A stretch of DNA of 64,000 nucleotides, from sequence record OQ790161.1; one strand, given 5' to 3'. This document shows positions 40,024 through 48,893 of the stretch, one piece after another. Below the pieces are notes generated by a model that was given only the letters and a program-made list of their open reading frames with translations, ran no database searches and was not told the DNA's origin. How positions within the stretch are numbered: position 1 is the first letter of the stretch; each line of letters opens with the position of its first letter. A program made the translations under genes and the position numbers.

Positions 40024-40476
40024 ATGAACGAAACCATCACCATCCAACACAACGCTTTCGCCGATGCAGCAGCTGTGGCTGCCTTCCGTGAAATCCTGCT
40101 CGAAGTCTTGGCAGATGAAGGCTCCACCCCGACCGTCGTTGTCCAGAAGGTCGGCCCGTTCCAGCTCGACGGCAATCAGTTCCGCGTTGTCTGGATGGGC
40201 GGCTACAGCTTCGCCTCGCCGGACGGCTTCTACACCTTCTCCGAACAGGACCTGCGTGTGGAAGTGGAAAGCATCGAGCTGGACTTCGATGCCTACACCA
40301 AGCTCGTGGCCGGCCGTAGTCGTGCTGTGGTGCGTGGCTACCGCAACGCACTGCGTGGCATCTTCAACATGGCTACCGCACTGAACAACGGTGCACACGT
40401 GCCGTCCACCCCGGTCAACGAGTACGTCCAGCTGACGTTGGAGGCGGCGGTCAACGCCTTCCCCAACAGCAACTGA
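40024..40476 (+). CDS. Hypothetical protein (150 aa)
   Basis: Strong coding bias. Confidence 0.72.
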   Translation: MNETITIQHNAFADAAAVAAFREILLEVLADEGSTPTVVVQKVGPFQLDGNQFRVVWMGGYSFASPDGFYTFSEQDLRVEVESIELDFDAYTKLVAGRSRAVVRGYRNALRGIFNMATALNNGAHVPSTPVNEYVQLTLEAAVNAFPNSN

Positions 40477-40512
40477 CGGCATAACCAGAGGGCTCCTTCG
40501 GGAGCCCTCTGG
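40477..40512. terminator. Terminator between convergent genes
   Basis: CGGCATAA-CCAGAGGGCTCC-TTCG-GGAGCCCTCTGG. Confidence 0.75.
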
Positions 40513-40534
40513 CGTTGTGCTGTTTTCTTTTGGC

Positions 40535-41335
40535 TTAGTTGTTGCCGCCAACCAGCGTGCGGAGCATGCGCTCCTTGGACTTGACATCGTCCATGACCAT
40601 GACCTTGGTCCAGACTTCCTTGATGTAATCCCGGTAGAGCTGGTTGGAATCGGCGTAACCATCCACGATCTCGCGGAAGACACCCAGTTCCATACCGCCC
40701 ACCAACTGACCCATGCCCATCTTGACCTTGAGCTTGTTGTAGACGTAAGCCTTGACGGCCAACAGCACCAACTGCACAAAGTGGGGATAAGTCATCGGGT
40801 TCAGGCTGGAGAACTCATCGTCCTGCTCCAGATAGCAGCGCAGGAAAGCGGTCCGGGGCAGGGACATGTAGTCACTGACCAGCACGGTGTTCTCGGCGAT
40901 CAGTCGGATGTAGGCGGTGGAGACGATCGGAATACCCGCTTGGGAATTCATCATGCCTTGGGCCGCTTCCAGAATCTGGGAGTAGCCCTCTACGCCCATG
41001 TACGAGCTGTTCATCATCGTCGACTGGGAGATGGTCAACGACAAGACCTTGGAGATGCGCCGGTTTTGGGTCAGCGACATCGGGATACGGTAAATGATCT
41101 TGTGGGTATCCACCCAGTCCGGCGTTACCGACGCCAAGGGCAGCTCCACTTGGGTACCGCCAAGCAAACGACAGTCCACCATCACGCGCGGGTCGATGAC
41201 CTTCTCACGGATCATCGTGTCCAGCGAAACCGGCAGGGGAGTTTGGCCGAACTCCCGACGCAAGAAGACTTCCCGGAGAATCTCTTCAGGGATGTCCCAC
41301 TTGACTTCTTCAATGGCCTTTTGGATTGCGCCCAC
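40535..41335 (-). CDS. Conserved virion structural protein, possibly neck (266 aa)
   Basis: AIQKAIEEVKWDIPEEIL..SLD..I..KVI.PRVMVDC.L.GG pattern recalled from phiKZ-like phages upstream of phuZ. Confidence 0.55.
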   Translation of the reverse strand: MGAIQKAIEEVKWDIPEEILREVFLRREFGQTPLPVSLDTMIREKVIDPRVMVDCRLLGGTQVELPLASVTPDWVDTHKIIYRIPMSLTQNRRISKVLSLTISQSTMMNSSYMGVEGYSQILEAAQGMMNSQAGIPIVSTAYIRLIAENTVLVSDYMSLPRTAFLRCYLEQDDEFSSLNPMTYPHFVQLVLLAVKAYVYNKLKVKMGMGQLVGGMELGVFREIVDGYADSNQLYRDYIKEVWTKVMVMDDVKSKERMLRTLVGGNN

Positions 41336-41503
41336 GATAGGCTCCTGTGTAGTTCTTCATAGAGATACCCCACCTACGGACTCTATTCAACAAACTTTCA
41401 AATATAGAATATCTATTAGAGCACCTGTCAAAGAGCTTCTGTATTTTTTCTCTGAGACAGTCTCATGGTTTGATGTATTCCCCTTAACGGCCTGGAGCCA
41501 CTC

Positions 41504-42043
41504 ATGTCCAACTCACCGCTGGGCAACAACACCTCATGGGTGGTCAACTCCGACCGCCAGTACGTCTCGCGTGAACTGGATCAACCCACGCACGATGCAT
41601 TGGCCCTGGCCGCCGTCTTCTTGGACCCCGAACTGGTCTTGCTGGAACGGCAACTCAAGCATCGTGTCATTATCGGTCTGAAGATCGGTAAGCGCACCTT
41701 GCACATCCGTGTGTACAACCGCATGGAAGTGGAGCAACGCCCGGATCGCATGGCCTCCCGGATGGCCCATCGTGACACCTACACCTACGTAGGATTCGAC
41801 GTCGATGGACATTTGGTACCCATCGAAGGGGACCTGCGCGAAGCAGCTCAAGGACACAGCCCGCACTTCTACGGCGACCGGCGGCTGACGCCGGAACGAA
41901 TTGCCGAGTTGGACGTGCTTCAGGAAACCTTCCAAGTCAAGAAGGTCCACTCCCCGTCGTTCGTCTTGTTGCAAGCCATGGCCCTGTCGTTGACGGGAAA
42001 ACCCAAACCGCCGCACCACACTCACGAAACTGAACCCGCTTAA
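41504..42043 (+). CDS. Hypothetical protein upstream of phuZ (179 aa)
   Basis: GGAG RBS. Confidence 0.7.
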   Translation: MSNSPLGNNTSWVVNSDRQYVSRELDQPTHDALALAAVFLDPELVLLERQLKHRVIIGLKIGKRTLHIRVYNRMEVEQRPDRMASRMAHRDTYTYVGFDVDGHLVPIEGDLREAAQGHSPHFYGDRRLTPERIAELDVLQETFQVKKVHSPSFVLLQAMALSLTGKPKPPHHTHETEPA

Positions 42044-42055
42044 TCGAGGCCTCAA

Positions 42056-43051
42056 ATGTCGCAGAATCAGAACGAACTCCCGCCGAAGGGCGTACTCAAG
42101 CTGTACGGTGCAGGTGGCGCGGGCATCAACCTGGCCGGCAGCTGGAAGGGCATGCATGGCACCTCCGACGTGGGGACCGCGCTCTGCCAGCTGGTCTACG
42201 CCGATACCTCCCGCTCCAACCTGCCCGATGGCATCGATCCGGAAACGGTCTTCATCATCGATGGCGTGGACGGCTCGGGCAAGGTCCGTGCTGAAAACCA
42301 CATCGAGATCTCCCGCTCCGTGCGCAGCCTGCTGCAGAAGCATGCACCGGGTGACCTGAACGTGGTGCTGTTCTCGGCCTCCGGCGGTTCCGGTTCGGTG
42401 TTCGGTCCGCTGATCATGGCTGAACTGCTGGAAGCCAAGCAGCCGGTGGTGGCACTGGTGGTCGGTTCGGAAGAATCGAACATCACCTGCAAGAACACCA
42501 TGAACACGCTCAAGTCGCTGGAAGCGATCGCCAAGAAGAAGGGCGTGCCGGTGGTGATCAACTACCAGCACAACTCGCGCACCGGCAAGCGTTCGGAAGT
42601 GGATGTCCACGTGCGTTGGACGCTGTCGGCCCTGGCCATGCTGGCCAGCCGTCGCAACCGCGAACTGGACACGATGGACCTGGCCAACTTCTTCAACTTC
42701 TCCAAGGTCACCTCGGTCGAGCCGCAGCTCTCGCTGCTGCACGTCTACGACAAGGACGAAGAAGTCGAAGCGGCAACCCTGCCGATCGCCATCGCCTCCC
42801 TGCTCAAGGACGCCGACCAGCCCACCCACTCGGTCATCCCCGAGTACAGCACCGTGGGCTACCCGCGCGAAGCCATCGACAGCTTCGATCGTCTGCACTA
42901 CGTCATCACCGTGGACGGTGTGCAGGTCATCGCCAAGATGATGGGTGATCGCCTGGACGAAGTGACCAAGGTCGCCGCCTCGCGCGTCAAGCACGACTCG
43001 ATCGTGTCGGCCAACGACGCCGTCACCGACGACGGTCTGCTGATCCTGTAA
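42056..43051 (+). CDS. phuZ: Phage tubulin PhuZ
   Basis: GAGGAGINL, tubulin signature SASGGSGS, LDTMDLANF, acidic C-terminal tail DDGLLIL. Confidence 0.93.
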   Translation: MSQNQNELPPKGVLKLYGAGGAGINLAGSWKGMHGTSDVGTALCQLVYADTSRSNLPDGIDPETVFIIDGVDGSGKVRAENHIEISRSVRSLLQKHAPGDLNVVLFSASGGSGSVFGPLIMAELLEAKQPVVALVVGSEESNITCKNTMNTLKSLEAIAKKKGVPVVINYQHNSRTGKRSEVDVHVRWTLSALAMLASRRNRELDTMDLANFFNFSKVTSVEPQLSLLHVYDKDEEVEAATLPIAIASLLKDADQPTHSVIPEYSTVGYPREAIDSFDRLHYVITVDGVQVIAKMMGDRLDEVTKVAASRVKHDSIVSANDAVTDDGLLIL

Positions 43052-43121
43052 TCGGCATATCGCCTCTCCCCTACTTCGGTGGGGGAGAGGGTGTTTGTGC
43101 TTTTCTCTTCGAGGTTGCCCC

Positions 43122-43322
43122 ATGAACGACCTGTTCGTATGCGACACCTGCAATAACATCGATGCGCTGGACTTTGCGTATCCCGATGGCTACATCCCCG
43201 GTACCCCCTACGAGTGCACCCAATGTCAAACTGGTCAATGGCACGGCCTGCTGACCCAACGGGCGTACGACCCGAGCAAGGACGTGGTGGTCAACCGCCC
43301 ATCCGGCGTCGGCCTGAGCTGA
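43122..43322 (+). CDS. Small Zn-ribbon protein (66 aa)
   Basis: CDTC...CTQC pairs; GAGGT RBS. Confidence 0.65.
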   Translation: MNDLFVCDTCNNIDALDFAYPDGYIPGTPYECTQCQTGQWHGLLTQRAYDPSKDVVVNRPSGVGLS

Positions 43323-43798
43323 GTCTGGTTGTTAACCTCAATCCCGAATCGTCGATCAACCAGCGTGAACAAACCATCCTCCACACCTTCGGGGTGGACG
43401 GACATTGGTTCTTCACTTTCATCGTCGATGTCCTCATCAAAGGGATTGTGGATCCGTTGGCACCGCGCTATCTGCGCGATGTCCAACTGAGTTCGGTTGC
43501 GCTGTACATGGAAGACCAACTCCATCAGCGACTACTCAGTTGTGTTGAAGCAGAAGGCTACGACGACGACCGCATGACGTGGTTTGATGCCGTGGCTACG
43601 GAAGAGATCCCCAGCCTACTCGGTGTTGCCGAAAAGGTCTTGGGGGAAATGCTCGATGTCTTGAGCAACATGGAGGCTCCGGCCTATTGTGTCCATCGGC
43701 GACTGGATAAGTACCTGATGGGTTACTCCACCTTCGGCAATCACGCCGGCTACCTCCACTTCTACTTTAGCGAAAATGCAGATAACCATTCACTATGA
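43319..43798 (+). CDS. Hypothetical protein (~159 aa), probable CTG start
   Basis: CTGA overlap with the upstream stop; no ATG nearby in frame. Confidence 0.55.
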   Translation: MSLVVNLNPESSINQREQTILHTFGVDGHWFFTFIVDVLIKGIVDPLAPRYLRDVQLSSVALYMEDQLHQRLLSCVEAEGYDDDRMTWFDAVATEEIPSLLGVAEKVLGEMLDVLSNMEAPAYCVHRRLDKYLMGYSTFGNHAGYLHFYFSENADNHSL

Positions 43799-44210
43799 CG
43801 TGGCTGAGATCTACACGCCTGACGACCTTAAGTTGTTATCGCAACTGTCGTTGGACATGAAAGACCTCACCGATCACGTTCTCACCCACTGGGTCATCTA
43901 CCGTCATGGCGACATCACGGAGATGTATGAAACCCTGATCGATGCTGCCTACGAACACATTCACCACAAGTTCGGCGACACCGATGCAGGAATTCACGCC
44001 CATCAGGTACTGGCCAATGGCGCAGACCAGTTGGTGCAGATGACGGACATGCTCGCCCAGTACTTGGCAAGGATGCTCGTGAACATGCCCGATGAGATCA
44101 GTCGGGGCCGGATGAGCGAAGATCACTACCATTTTCTCAGAGTGGATAGGATCAGCCTCACCGGACGCTTTGCCGTCTTGCGAACGGACACCATCGACCT
44201 CTACGGCTGA
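43776..44210 (+). CDS. Hypothetical protein, member of the phuZ-polymerase small-gene array (144 aa)
   Basis: Helical body, C-terminal beta-hairpin-like segment. Confidence 0.65.
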   Translation: MQITIHYDVAEIYTPDDLKLLSQLSLDMKDLTDHVLTHWVIYRHGDITEMYETLIDAAYEHIHHKFGDTDAGIHAHQVLANGADQLVQMTDMLAQYLARMLVNMPDEISRGRMSEDHYHFLRVDRISLTGRFAVLRTDTIDLYG

Positions 44211-44352
44211 CCTCGCGTCAGCCGGTATGTGCCGTCAAACCGCGTAGATCGCTCACAGAGCGCCTTACGTTTAAACCTACATAACTCGGTAATCTAGTGA
44301 GGGAAACGGGCCTGTGGCGCCGCTGAGGCCCTTTCTGATTGAGTGACATTCC

Positions 44353-44742
44353 ATGACCCCCAAAGCAAAAACGTTCTACAGCCAGTTTGTGTTTTCCCTT
44401 GCACCGATCTTGCCGGACCTCGAAGCCGATGTGAGAAGATTGCAGCGGGAGCTGGCGGAACAGGGACACTCATTCTCACATGAGGACCTGATCGCCACGT
44501 GGGTGATGTTTCAGTTGGAGCGCCATCTGCACCTGACGTTGGAGTTCTCCGACCAAAGGTCGATGGCTCAACGATTGGCCTGGGCACTCGATGAACCCTT
44601 CTTCCACAATCACGCCGTCCCCCGCGATCTGCTCATCAGTCAGATCTTGCCGCTGCTAACGCATCGGGAGACCGTACCTTACACCGATCGCATTTGTAGA
44701 GTCAGCACCCGCCTGCCGGATCTGCATGTGCGTTTTCTCTGA
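44353..44742 (+). CDS. Hypothetical protein, array member (129 aa)
   Basis: Ends ..RVSTRLPDLHVRFL. Confidence 0.65.
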   Translation: MTPKAKTFYSQFVFSLAPILPDLEADVRRLQRELAEQGHSFSHEDLIATWVMFQLERHLHLTLEFSDQRSMAQRLAWALDEPFFHNHAVPRDLLISQILPLLTHRETVPYTDRICRVSTRLPDLHVRFL

Positions 44743-44756
44743 GAGCTGAAGTCGAA

Positions 44757-45494
44757 ATGAAAAACATTTCCGTGGGCACCGTGGTAGTACTACCCGCACA
44801 TGTCATGGTGTTGGAAATCATCGAACGCATGAACGAGTTTGCCCAACTCCCCGGTAACGAGATCTTCGCCGAGGCGTTGGCTTACCGTTACATGCCCGGT
44901 CGAACCCATACTGGCATCAGTCGCCTGCCCGTGGCCGATCTGGTGGTGGCCATGTACCTGGACATGCTGTGCAACTACTGCCAGTGGAACATCTCTGGTC
45001 CAAACGATCAGTACACCGAAGAGCAGTGGCGCAAGATGGTTCCGCGTTGGAAGGACGTCACGCGTGAGCAGGAGATCGCCATGTTCAACGCAGTGGTTCA
45101 GCCGGCGTATGAAGTCATCGGCGATTGGGCAGAGCAGTTCAAGACCACGGCCGATGGTTGGCATGTGTGGGGTGCCCGCCGTGTGGGTCTGGATGTCATC
45201 ATCGAAAAGGGTGAGGACTACCGGATCTTGGATTGGAACCGTCGCATGGAACTGGCCAAGGAATACGTCGACGCCGAGTCCAAGGACGAACCCCTGCCAC
45301 CCGAAGCGTGGGTCCCCGATCACGAAGCCCGTCGCTTCGTCGAGCTGCTGCGTCAGCAGATGCGCGAACCCAGTCCGCTGGGTAAGATGGCCATCGAGAA
45401 CCACGACAAGGAACTGGCCCGCCGCAAGGCGCAGGCCAAGCCCAACCGCAAGCAGCGCGGCCGGCAGTACAGCAACAATAGCGGCACGCTGTGA
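44757..45494 (+). CDS. Hypothetical protein, array member with C-terminal extension (245 aa)
   Basis: Contains ..ARRVGLDVIIEKGED. Confidence 0.7.
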   Translation: MKNISVGTVVVLPAHVMVLEIIERMNEFAQLPGNEIFAEALAYRYMPGRTHTGISRLPVADLVVAMYLDMLCNYCQWNISGPNDQYTEEQWRKMVPRWKDVTREQEIAMFNAVVQPAYEVIGDWAEQFKTTADGWHVWGARRVGLDVIIEKGEDYRILDWNRRMELAKEYVDAESKDEPLPPEAWVPDHEARRFVELLRQQMREPSPLGKMAIENHDKELARRKAQAKPNRKQRGRQYSNNSGTL

Positions 45495-45889
45495 GTAGGG
45501 CCGCCCCGAGCTCACGTGTGGTGTTCATTGGCGGCCGTACATTGACGGAGCTCATCCGTGGAACGCTGGAAAAGCACATCGGTCATGTAGCTGACATTAT
45601 CGATGCGCAGAAGATCGTGGAGTCATTACTGGAAGAGTTCTTCTACGGAGGGAGCTTGCAAGATGACTTCTACGAACAGCTGGCTGCTTATCGAGCCACC
45701 ACCCACGAGATTGAATACGCACGCAAGGAGATCCTCGCTTCGATCTCCCAGCAGGTCCAGAGTGCCATCGGCATTATCTGGCCATCCAACCACTACTCTT
45801 TCGAGTTCATTGCCGGTGGTGATCTGCGGATCACCGAAACCCGTCCGACGCCGGTGTTCAAACCGAGTCGTCTACAACTGGTAGGCTAA
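45491..45889 (+). CDS. Hypothetical protein, array member (132 aa)
   Basis: GTGA overlap; ..FEFIAGGDLRITE. Confidence 0.65.
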   Translation: MSRAAPSSRVVFIGGRTLTELIRGTLEKHIGHVADIIDAQKIVESLLEEFFYGGSLQDDFYEQLAAYRATTHEIEYARKEILASISQQVQSAIGIIWPSNHYSFEFIAGGDLRITETRPTPVFKPSRLQLVG

Positions 45890-45891
45890 CC

Positions 45892-46347
45892 ATGCTCATC
45901 GTCATCGCCATCCAAGACATTTGGAAGCGCTTTGGTGAAGATAGCCAGGCATTGCAGAACATCGGGTTGCAGGTCGAGGACGTTGTCAAGCTGGCCTACG
46001 GGTACGCTTGTCTGACCAATCGACCCTACGCCCATGAAGCGATGATCCCGGTCAGTGCCAACATCTTTACTGCCGTGCGTGACTTACTTGTCGACCGATT
46101 GCCCTTTGACGACCGGCTGCCGTTCACCCGGCAGTCGGGTTATGGCGTCAATGACCAAGTCGTTCATCGGGTGGTTGACATAGTAGGTGAAATTTCACAG
46201 ATGCTGTCCGATGCTGTAATCAGGCAAGTAGGTCACTTCCCCGCCGGGTTGATCTTGCAACGTCTGATGGGTCCAGATCTGGTACTTTACTACAACACTG
46301 AGGATTCACGTGTACCTCATCCTTTCGCCGAAAGTCGAACCAGCTGA
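45892..46347 (+). CDS. Hypothetical protein, array member (151 aa)
   Basis: ..LQRLMGPDLVLYY. Confidence 0.65.
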   Translation: MLIVIAIQDIWKRFGEDSQALQNIGLQVEDVVKLAYGYACLTNRPYAHEAMIPVSANIFTAVRDLLVDRLPFDDRLPFTRQSGYGVNDQVVHRVVDIVGEISQMLSDAVIRQVGHFPAGLILQRLMGPDLVLYYNTEDSRVPHPFAESRTS

Positions 46348-46705
46348 CCTGCGCAGCGGGGACGATACGCTGGAAGACCTGCCAGTCGACTACACCGACC
46401 TGTTGCAGTTTACCCTCCAGCACTGGCCATTGCTGGATGGAGGGGTCCTCTCCATGGAAGAACTCAGGGCCGCTGCTGAAGCCCACCTGAGCCAGCCCTA
46501 TTTCCTCACCAAGCTCCATGACTACCACCACATGCAGGAAGTAGTCAATGCGGTGGTGAACGCCGTACAAGTGTTCTACGACAGTCTCAGCGGACAGCTC
46601 ACCCCTTTGATTGAACCCTTCGGTCTGGACGTCACGATCCGACTGACCCGCTACATGCACAAAGACCTGGTGATTCGGGTGGAGAAACCTTACTATGGAC
46701 CATAA
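46310..46705 (+). CDS. Hypothetical protein, array member (131 aa)
   Basis: GAGG RBS, GTG start; ..LTRYMHKDLVIRVE. Confidence 0.65.
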   Translation: MYLILSPKVEPADLRSGDDTLEDLPVDYTDLLQFTLQHWPLLDGGVLSMEELRAAAEAHLSQPYFLTKLHDYHHMQEVVNAVVNAVQVFYDSLSGQLTPLIEPFGLDVTIRLTRYMHKDLVIRVEKPYYGP

Positions 46706-47345
46706 AGGCTACATCAATCTGGTCCTCCCCGGTCATGGATTGATCTTGGACTACGGCCCGACGGATAATCTCCTGCGCACCATGGGTACCTCAGTCAAAG
46801 AGATGATTGAGATGTTCATCGCCGCGTGGGCAGAGTACAAGTCCGTTGACATGCATTACACCTGCAACAACGGCCCCCTCAATCTGGACGAAGACTGGGG
46901 TCCTGGCTTTACGCAGTTGCGCACCCATGCCCATTGGATGGTCATGGACATTGTGTTCGAGAACGCGTTCATGCGTTTTGAGCGCGGTGAGATTGAGAAG
47001 ATGAGCAAGCAGGACATGCGCGATGCTGAATCGATCATGCTCTCGCTGTGGGATTCGCTGAGTTCCTACATCTTCGAACTGCTCATCGAAATGGGTGCAC
47101 ACGAAGGACAGATCTCCCTCCTGCGCTTTGTGCGCTGGATCGGCGATGACTTCATCATCAGTCTGCCCCGACGCACCACCGCCATCGCTCTCAAGCAACA
47201 GATCGAGTTCGATAAGCGCCAGAAGGAATTCCAAGCATCGCTGGATGAGTCCCGCCAAGAGGAGAAACAGTTTGTCCAGAATCTACGTGACCGGTCCCCG
47301 CTTTGTTACTACCGCAGTGATCGGGTCAACGACCTGTCTGAATGA
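46695..47345 (+). CDS. Hypothetical protein, array member (216 aa)
   Basis: GGAG RBS; ..FVRWIGDDFIISL. Confidence 0.68.
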   Translation: MDHKGYINLVLPGHGLILDYGPTDNLLRTMGTSVKEMIEMFIAAWAEYKSVDMHYTCNNGPLNLDEDWGPGFTQLRTHAHWMVMDIVFENAFMRFERGEIEKMSKQDMRDAESIMLSLWDSLSSYIFELLIEMGAHEGQISLLRFVRWIGDDFIISLPRRTTAIALKQQIEFDKRQKEFQASLDESRQEEKQFVQNLRDRSPLCYYRSDRVNDLSE

Positions 47346-47745
47346 CTACCCCGGACTGAAGGCCGAAGAGTTCTTCGGCCGTACGTACTCGCTGACCATC
47401 GTGGGCAACATCTTGTTTGAGTTGATGATGTCCTCCAATGGCGAGACGTTCTCCGGTCGTGAGTTGGTTCAGCACGTGGAGGCGGAGATCCTGTCCACCT
47501 ACAAGGTGGCCACCGTCTACAACCCCAAGACCGACTGCCATGAGCTGGTCACCGAGCCCAATGCGTACTTCCAGTCCGAAGCGGGCGAAGCGCTGCTGAC
47601 GGCCCTGTACCAAGCCATGCTGGATCAGTTCTGGCCTCTGCTGGCCACCAACCTTGTTGCCCGCAGGTCGGCCATGCTCAGGCGCATCAATTACCACCAG
47701 ATGGAAATCAGCATGAACCGCTTGGAGTACAGCGATGGCAGCTAA
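47342..47745 (+). CDS. Hypothetical protein, array member (~134 aa); start needs one extra C at 47349-47352
   Basis: ATGA overlap with the upstream stop; C4 to C5 gives MTTPGLKAEEFFGR. Confidence 0.55.
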
Positions 47746-48106
47746 GGTTGTCGTACTGCACGGAGGCCCCTCGTTCGAAAGAGCGCGGGGCCTCCTCAAT
47801 GGGATGGTTAATTTTCCGGATCTCGACAGCTTTGGCCAAGTCATGGTCGAGTTGATGATCAATGGCGTTGGCCTGTCCCCTCAGCAACAAGAGCAACATC
47901 TGGAACGCTACCTTCAGCGGTTTGAGTTGCCCGGTGAAACCGAAGATGATCGCGGCTTTGATCGGCGCGTCATGCTGGAAGCTCTCCACTTCGCCGCCCG
48001 GCAATTCCGGGTCGCCTGGGACACCCAAGTCCCGCCGGATCTGAGGATCGAAGATTACCAGTTCAGCCGTTGGCTGAATATGGATCTGATGTTGCAAAGA
48101 CGCTAG
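47735..48106 (+). CDS. Hypothetical protein, array member (123 aa)
   Basis: GGAG RBS; ..FSRWLNMDLMLQRR. Confidence 0.65.
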   Translation: MAAKVVVLHGGPSFERARGLLNGMVNFPDLDSFGQVMVELMINGVGLSPQQQEQHLERYLQRFELPGETEDDRGFDRRVMLEALHFAARQFRVAWDTQVPPDLRIEDYQFSRWLNMDLMLQRR

Positions 48107-48139
48107 TCTATGACCCTTCTTTTTTTGTAGGCTTCCGTC

Positions 48140-48550
48140 ATGCTCAATACCAGTTCGATCGTGATCGACAGCACCGTCTCGTTCGATCTCTACCCGGCAG
48201 CGTACTTGCAGTCCAAGGTAACCAATGCCAAGGTCGTGGGTATCGTCAGTGCCCGTATGGCCATGCAGTTGGGTTTCGATGCCCCGGCCATGCACGTCAC
48301 CGTGTACCCCACCCTGCCGCCGGGTACTCCCAACGGCTACGACAAGTACCAGTACATCTACGTCAAGCTGCCCTCCGGTGAACACACCTTCTACGGCGTG
48401 CCGTGGATCAAGGAGTCCACCTTCAAGGAGGAGATGGTTCGCACCGTCGCCTTGTACTTGGAGAACATCTCGCCCGAACAACAGAACCGTGCGATCCAAG
48501 CCCTGTCGGCCATCGGTCTGACCGTGGCCAAGGTCGAAGAGCAGTCCTAA
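48140..48550 (+). CDS. Conserved hypothetical protein (phiKZ gp49-like position, 136 aa)
   Basis: VSFDLYPAAYL..YGVPWIKEST pattern; directly upstream of the DNA polymerase. Confidence 0.6.
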   Translation: MLNTSSIVIDSTVSFDLYPAAYLQSKVTNAKVVGIVSARMAMQLGFDAPAMHVTVYPTLPPGTPNGYDKYQYIYVKLPSGEHTFYGVPWIKESTFKEEMVRTVALYLENISPEQQNRAIQALSAIGLTVAKVEEQS

Positions 48551-48599
48551 AAGAGCACTCGGTCTTCACGTCCTAGTTTTTTCTTATCAGACTGCTACT

Positions 48600-48832
48600 A
48601 TGTTGTAGACGACACCGGCGGATGGCGTCTAACACCCCTAACGACAGCCCGATGCACTGTTATGGTTCTCGATTTCCCAGACAGTGTTAAGGGATTCAGC
48701 CTGTAGGTAGGGATAGTGACACCAATTGGTGTCACCACGGCCAGCGAGCGCTCGCTTGCTTTGGACTAGCAAGCTTGATGCGCTTCGGAAGTGGAAGAGG
48801 GGCTCCATGAGGAGCCCCTTCTTTTTATGCCG
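48600..48832 (+). ncRNA. Candidate structured non-coding RNA
   Basis: Several stems, no convincing ORF, bounded by GCTACTATG and a terminator. Confidence 0.35.
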
Positions 48833-48893
48833 TCAAGTGGGTGTGGGTTTTTATGCAACCGCCCCAGCATATGCACGGTAGAAGAGAAACCAC

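Noticed and set aside
22821-41465. TGAGAC...GTCTCA inverted repeats at 22821 and 41453
   Set aside because: Only two copies with different spacers; too short to separate from chance
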